In this document: positions 59,648-64,000 of the stretch, one piece after another | Position numbering within the stretch: position 1 is the stretch's first letter | Layout: each line of letters begins with the position of its first letter | Assembly: GCA_964566535.1 (NCBI GenBank) | Contig: CAZMIO010000003.1 | Span: 1 to 64,000, forward strand | Source: an uncultured Methanosarcinales archaeon | Lineage (GTDB): Archaea > Nanobdellota > Nanobdellia > Woesearchaeales > CAZOXR01 | Reading direction: 5' to 3' | DNA length: 64,000 nt | Program-made: the position numbers and the translations under genes | The notes under the pieces: model-generated | Told to the model about the DNA's origin: nothing | The model's database searches: none | Seen by the model: only the letters and a program-made list of their open reading frames with translations

Positions 59648-60394
59648 ATGCCACCAATAATGATTATATTCGGATCAAAATCAGACAGAGACATCTATGA
59701 TAAAGTAATACATACATTAAGAGATAAAGTACAACACGAACTACAAATCGCTTCTGCTCACAGAAATCCAAAACTAGTCGAAGACATAGCAAAAGAACCA
59801 AGTGATGTTTTCATAACAGGTGCTGGACTCTCAGCAGCTCTACCAGGAGTTGTAGCATCAAAGACCATTAAGCCAGTAATTGGAGTTCCAGTTAAATCAA
59901 ACTACATGGGATTAGACGCATTACTATCAATTGCACAAATGCCACCAGGAATCCCGGTCCTAGCAGTAGGAGTAGACAAAGCAGAAATAGCAGCAGAAAA
60001 CGCATTAAAGATGCTAAAACCCTATGAAAAAATCACTTTAATCGGAGACCAAAATAATGCAGCACTAAGAAAAGCAACAGCTATCTTAGATGAATTCCAA
60101 GTTCCATACGATTTTGCAGATAAACCAAACAGCACCACAGTAAACTTAGAATTTGTCTATTTCGATGAACCAGTTGAAAAGAAAGACGAATTAATTATAT
60201 ACATCCCCTTATTATTGACAGATGACGATAAAGCAGAAGCAGCAATTAACCTACTAAAACATTCAACCCATGGGTTATGGGTCGGATTAAACAGAGGAGA
60301 AAACGCTGCATTAGCTGCAATTGAAATATTAAACTTATCCGGAGCCTACACTAACAAACTAATCGAATATAGACAAAATCTAATGAAAAAATGA
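59648..60394 (+). CDS. purE: AIR carboxylase/N5-CAIR mutase with C-terminal degenerate repeat
   Basis: GSKSD, ASAHRNP, AGLSAALPGVVAS, GLDALLSIAQMPPGIPV. Confidence 0.9.
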   Translation: MPPIMIIFGSKSDRDIYDKVIHTLRDKVQHELQIASAHRNPKLVEDIAKEPSDVFITGAGLSAALPGVVASKTIKPVIGVPVKSNYMGLDALLSIAQMPPGIPVLAVGVDKAEIAAENALKMLKPYEKITLIGDQNNAALRKATAILDEFQVPYDFADKPNSTTVNLEFVYFDEPVEKKDELIIYIPLLLTDDDKAEAAINLLKHSTHGLWVGLNRGENAALAAIEILNLSGAYTNKLIEYRQNLMKK

Positions 60395-61359
60395 TACCCA
60401 ACGAAAAAATCAAACAACAAATAGGATTTACACTAAAAGAAACAGACTTCCCAAAATTAGGAAAAAAATACAAAGGCAAAGTAAGAGACGTTTACAAAGA
60501 TGAAGAAAAACTCTTCTTAATTTCAACTGACAGACAGTCAGCTTTTGATAGGAACTTAGCAAACATCCCATTCAAAGGTCAAGTTCTAACACAAACATCA
60601 GCTTTCTGGTTTGAAAACACAAAAGACATAGTTCAAAATCATGTCCTAGACATTCCAGACCCAAACGTTGTTGTTTGCAGACCACTAACAGTTTTCCCAG
60701 TTGAAGTTGTAGTCAGAGGATACATTACTGGAGTAACATCAACTTCAGCATGGACAGCATACGAAAAAGGGGAAAGAGAATTCTGCGGTAACCTATTGCC
60801 AGAAGGATTAAAGAAAAATCAAAAGTTCCAAAGTCCAATCATAACACCAACAACAAAATCAGACGAACACGATGAAAAGATCTCAGCAGAAGAAATTGTA
60901 AAACAACAATTAATGACTCAGGAACAATGGGATTTTGTTGCAGACAAAGCATTAAAACTATTCCAAAGAGGAACGAAAATAGCAGAAAAGAACGGATTAA
61001 TCCTAGTTGACACAAAATACGAATTCGGCTTTAACAAGGAAGGTAAAATATTCTTGATAGACGAAATACACACCCCAGATTCCTCAAGATACTGGATTAA
61101 ATCAAGTTACGAAAACCGGATGATGGCTAATGAAGAACCAGAAAACATTGACAAAGAATTCTTAAGACTCTGGTTCAAAGAAAACTGCGATCCATACAAA
61201 GACGAAACACTACCAGAAGCACCAGAAGAACTAATAATAGAATTAAGCAAAAGATACATCCAACTCTTCGAAATGATTACTGGAAAAGAATTCATATCAG
61301 GAGTTGGTGACGTAAAAGAAAGAATTGAAACTAACTTAAAGGAGAAGAATTATCTCTAA
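60391..61359 (+). CDS. purC: SAICAR synthetase
   Basis: GKVRDVY, TDRQSAFD, EVVVRGY, LVDTKYEFG, DEIHTPDSSR. Confidence 0.96.
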   Translation: MIPNEKIKQQIGFTLKETDFPKLGKKYKGKVRDVYKDEEKLFLISTDRQSAFDRNLANIPFKGQVLTQTSAFWFENTKDIVQNHVLDIPDPNVVVCRPLTVFPVEVVVRGYITGVTSTSAWTAYEKGEREFCGNLLPEGLKKNQKFQSPIITPTTKSDEHDEKISAEEIVKQQLMTQEQWDFVADKALKLFQRGTKIAEKNGLILVDTKYEFGFNKEGKIFLIDEIHTPDSSRYWIKSSYENRMMANEEPENIDKEFLRLWFKENCDPYKDETLPEAPEELIIELSKRYIQLFEMITGKEFISGVGDVKERIETNLKEKNYL

Positions 61360-61370
61360 TTCTTAAAAAA

Positions 61371-61661
61371 ATACAAACAGAAACATCTACTACAAGAGAG
61401 ACATTTGAGTTAGGCGATCCTCAATTAGAATTTAGAGTAGGACAACATTTAGACCTTAATCACCCAGATATCCCAGGAAGGGGCATAGCAGAAGTTACAG
61501 AGATAAGATATTGGAGTGGTGGGGAGGTAGAAATCGGACTCAGTCAAGGTGCTCTAACAAGAACATATCCAGTAGATGACTTCTATGATAGGGCTACAGG
61601 CGAAGTATACGTATCAGAAGCACCAAAACCTCAAGAACAAGAAGTACCTATAACTACTTAA
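61371..61661 (+). CDS. Unannotated 96-aa ORF beginning at ATA (non-canonical start or start-lost pseudogene)
   Basis: IQTETSTTRETFELGDPQLEFRVGQ...EVPITT* fills the purC-61663 gap; no in-frame ATG/GTG/TTG. Confidence 0.45.
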   Translation: MQTETSTTRETFELGDPQLEFRVGQHLDLNHPDIPGRGIAEVTEIRYWSGGEVEIGLSQGALTRTYPVDDFYDRATGEVYVSEAPKPQEQEVPITT

Positions 61662-61662
61662 T

Positions 61663-62025
61663 GTGATACAAATGTCAGATAATCTTGATGAAACCTTAAA
61701 TAAAGTTCCAGACGGGTTCTGGACCCCTCAGAGAAAAAGAGGATTTACACTCGGATATGCGGCTGCTTCTGTAGGCCCTAGTGATGACATTTATTCAGAA
61801 GATGATCAAGTAGATAGTCCAAGATATGTAGGTAATGCAGAATTAGTACTGAGAGCGTACGTTAAGGCAATGCATCCTGGTTGTGATGAAGTAGGAGTTA
61901 TTAGCCATGAATTAGGAGGCAAGCCTGAATTACCTATGGTATTTGTTGATGGTGTTCTTGCTAGGCCAGGATCAAGTTTAAAACCACAAGAAGGTGGAAG
62001 AAGAATCATTCATTACCACATGTAA
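61663..62025 (+). CDS. Hypothetical protein
   Basis: 120-aa ORF. Confidence 0.55.
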   Translation: MIQMSDNLDETLNKVPDGFWTPQRKRGFTLGYAAASVGPSDDIYSEDDQVDSPRYVGNAELVLRAYVKAMHPGCDEVGVISHELGGKPELPMVFVDGVLARPGSSLKPQEGGRRIIHYHM

Positions 62026-62093
62026 TCAGAATTAAGAATAAAAAATCAATAAAGATTAAAGAAAAAAATCACGCACCTTAAAAATTAATAAGT

Positions 62094-62678
62094 TCACCTG
62101 GGTATCTCTAACGCTTCAATTTCTCTTGTCATCCTTTCCGTGTTTGCTATCATCCTTCTAAGGGATATACTATCTTCTGCTGTTGCAATACCTTTATGGC
62201 ATCTTTGATGAGTTTCGGGATCTTCAACTGCAAAGGCAAGCCCTCGTTCAAAATAGCAGATTGCTTGTTCAGGTCTACCAGATAAAAGGTATATCTCGCC
62301 AATAAAATAACTTCCCATACCTGGATGACCAAACCCTAATATCTGTTTAATTTCTGAGATAACATCATCAGATATATCATTTCTTAAATCTGGGCCAGAA
62401 ATAGTTGAGCGACCACTTATACTATCTAAATATATATCAAATGCAGCATATGCTTGTTTTAGTGAATCAACCTCTGGAGGATTTGGATCTGCTCCATATG
62501 CTGGTGCCACATCAGGTCCATTACTACTAGCTACCACACCATCAATTGACCTTGCCTCAGCAACCACCGAATCTGGGTTTAACTGCTGTTCAATAGGTCT
62601 AGCTGAAGCACATCCTAAATATGATATTGCTACTGCTCCTAATAAAGCTAATCCAGCTTCTCGAATATATCTTGCCAT
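62094..62678 (-). CDS. TPR-containing putative lipoprotein
   Basis: YLGC lipobox-like; YFIGEIYLLSGRPEQAICYFERGL. Confidence 0.6.
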   Translation of the reverse strand: MARYIREAGLALLGAVAISYLGCASARPIEQQLNPDSVVAEARSIDGVVASSNGPDVAPAYGADPNPPEVDSLKQAYAAFDIYLDSISGRSTISGPDLRNDISDDVISEIKQILGFGHPGMGSYFIGEIYLLSGRPEQAICYFERGLAFAVEDPETHQRCHKGIATAEDSISLRRMIANTERMTREIEALEIPR

Positions 62679-62687
62679 TTTTAAACC

Positions 62688-63449
62688 TCACTTCCCACTA
62701 ACATGCCCTTCAACTAAACCAACCAAAGCATTAGAAAAAAACTCACTCTTAACCAAAATCGCAGTATCTTTAGTTTTATCGGTACTATCAGCCAACATAA
62801 ACAACGTTTCATTACCATCAAAAACAATAAATCTTGAATTCAAATCAGTCCTAACAACTTTAAGATCATTAACTGGCTCATCAATAGGAGCATAAATATC
62901 CAATTTAACCTTCTTCTTCTCTAAACTAGGTAAAAAGTTCTTAAACAATTTCATTTTACTATTAAAATTCTCTTTTGTTGTAGCAACAACAATTGAACTA
63001 GAAGCCCTATCAATACTCTTCTTAATAAATGAATAAATAGCACTCTTACCGTTTAATATGTTTGATAAACTCTCAGAATCAATTTTCTCAATTCCAGTCT
63101 TATGCAATAACTCCAACTCCTTAAAAACACTAGTTGATCTTATACCTTCAAGCATATTCAGGTTAATCTCTTGATCATGCTTAATATCTTTCTTAACTCT
63201 TTCAACAATCTCTTCAGGCTTAACAGCAATATACTTGATTGGCCTTCCAATCTTCATTATAATATATCCCTTCTTCTCTAAACTCTCAAGAACATCATAG
63301 CATCTTGATCTTGGAACACCAGATAGGTCAGCAAGCTCACCAGCAGCTGCAATCCCTTTAGAAAGTAATGAAGCCCAAATCTTTACTTCATAGATATTAA
63401 GCTTAAAATCGCCCTTTAATTTAGTTAAAAATTCTTTTTGTATGATCAT
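62688..63449 (-). CDS. TrmB family transcriptional regulator
   Basis: LNIYEVKIW, SGVPRSRCYDVLESLEKKG, GRPIKY. Confidence 0.9.
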   Translation of the reverse strand: MIIQKEFLTKLKGDFKLNIYEVKIWASLLSKGIAAAGELADLSGVPRSRCYDVLESLEKKGYIIMKIGRPIKYIAVKPEEIVERVKKDIKHDQEINLNMLEGIRSTSVFKELELLHKTGIEKIDSESLSNILNGKSAIYSFIKKSIDRASSSIVVATTKENFNSKMKLFKNFLPSLEKKKVKLDIYAPIDEPVNDLKVVRTDLNSRFIVFDGNETLFMLADSTDKTKDTAILVKSEFFSNALVGLVEGHVSGK

Positions 63450-63538
63450 TTTTAGTATACTGCCAATCCTTAAGAACCACAGTTTAACGTACTTTTAACA
63501 AAAGCTACAAAAACAAAAAAGTAAAAAAAAAGAAAAAA

Positions 63539-64000
63539 TTATTTTTTCTTAACGAAGCTTACTATGATTATAGCACCTACTAAAAGTAATAGGATATCTA
63601 CACCCACAATCAAAGCAATCAGACCAGGTCCTTCAAGCAATCCGCCTATAGAAGCTGTTCCTTCACCGTCGTCTCCACCGTCAGCAGTTGTTGCACCAGT
63701 AAGGTCTATACCGTCACCAGTTAGATCAGTACCTTCATCTCCAGTTCCTTCGTCACCAGTACCTTCATCTCCTGTACCTTCATNNNNNNNNNNNNNNNNN
63801 NNNNNNNNNNNNNNNNNNNNNNNNNNNNNNNNNNNNNNNNNNNNNNNNNNNNNNNNNNNNNNNNNNNNNNNNNNNNNNNNNNNTACCTTCATCTCCAGTT
63901 CCTTCGTCACCAGTACCTTCATCTCCTGTACCTTCATCTCCAGTTCCTTCGTCACCAGTACCTTCATCTCCTGTACCTTCATCGTCTACAGGTGCGTCAA
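63539..64000 (-). CDS. C-terminal part of a membrane-anchored surface protein with GDEGT repeats (partial, spans gap)
   Basis: GDEGT repeats on both sides of the gap, C-terminal TM + KKK. Confidence 0.7.
63727..63983. repeat. 15-bp coding tandem repeat interrupted by 100-N assembly gap (63784..63883)
   Basis: CCTTC(A/G)TC(T/A)CC(A/T)GT(A/T) units. Confidence 0.9.

Noticed and set aside
63884..63982. MKVQEMKV repeat peptide in the ORF track
   Set aside because: Frame artefact of the 100-N gap; the true frame reads GDEGT on both sides.

Overview
Archaeal chromosome segment, most likely a DPANN/Woesearchaeota-like genome (inferred from archaeal uS12/uS7, dph5, PurP, ATP-dependent ligase, TrmB, a BHB-intron tRNA, BRE/TATA promoters and giant N-glycosylated surface proteins). 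There is one 100-N assembly gap near the end. Housekeeping content: rps12-rps7, glyA, an NfnAB/SudAB pair, much of de novo purine synthesis (purP x2, guaA, purF, purD, purLQS, purE, purC), lig, a Hel308-like helicase lacking its N-terminal domain, dph5, tRNA-Arg(GCG) and intron-containing tRNA-Ile(GAT). These are interleaved with orphan genes, two TA-like pairs and several surface proteins, including a 3.6-kaa adhesin. The most striking signal is a candidate 'gene-end replacement' mobile system. Two divergent free-standing LAGLIDADG genes share a 33-bp promoter motif, a 38-bp block and a long antisense hairpin that covers their own RBS/start codon. One sits between the current and an apparently displaced C-terminus of DNA ligase; the other runs into the 3' end of tRNA-Ile. 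Separately, guaA is followed by two synonymously recoded copies of its last 8 codons, each preceded by a related hairpin. All calls are by eye from sequence motifs; no database searches were run.
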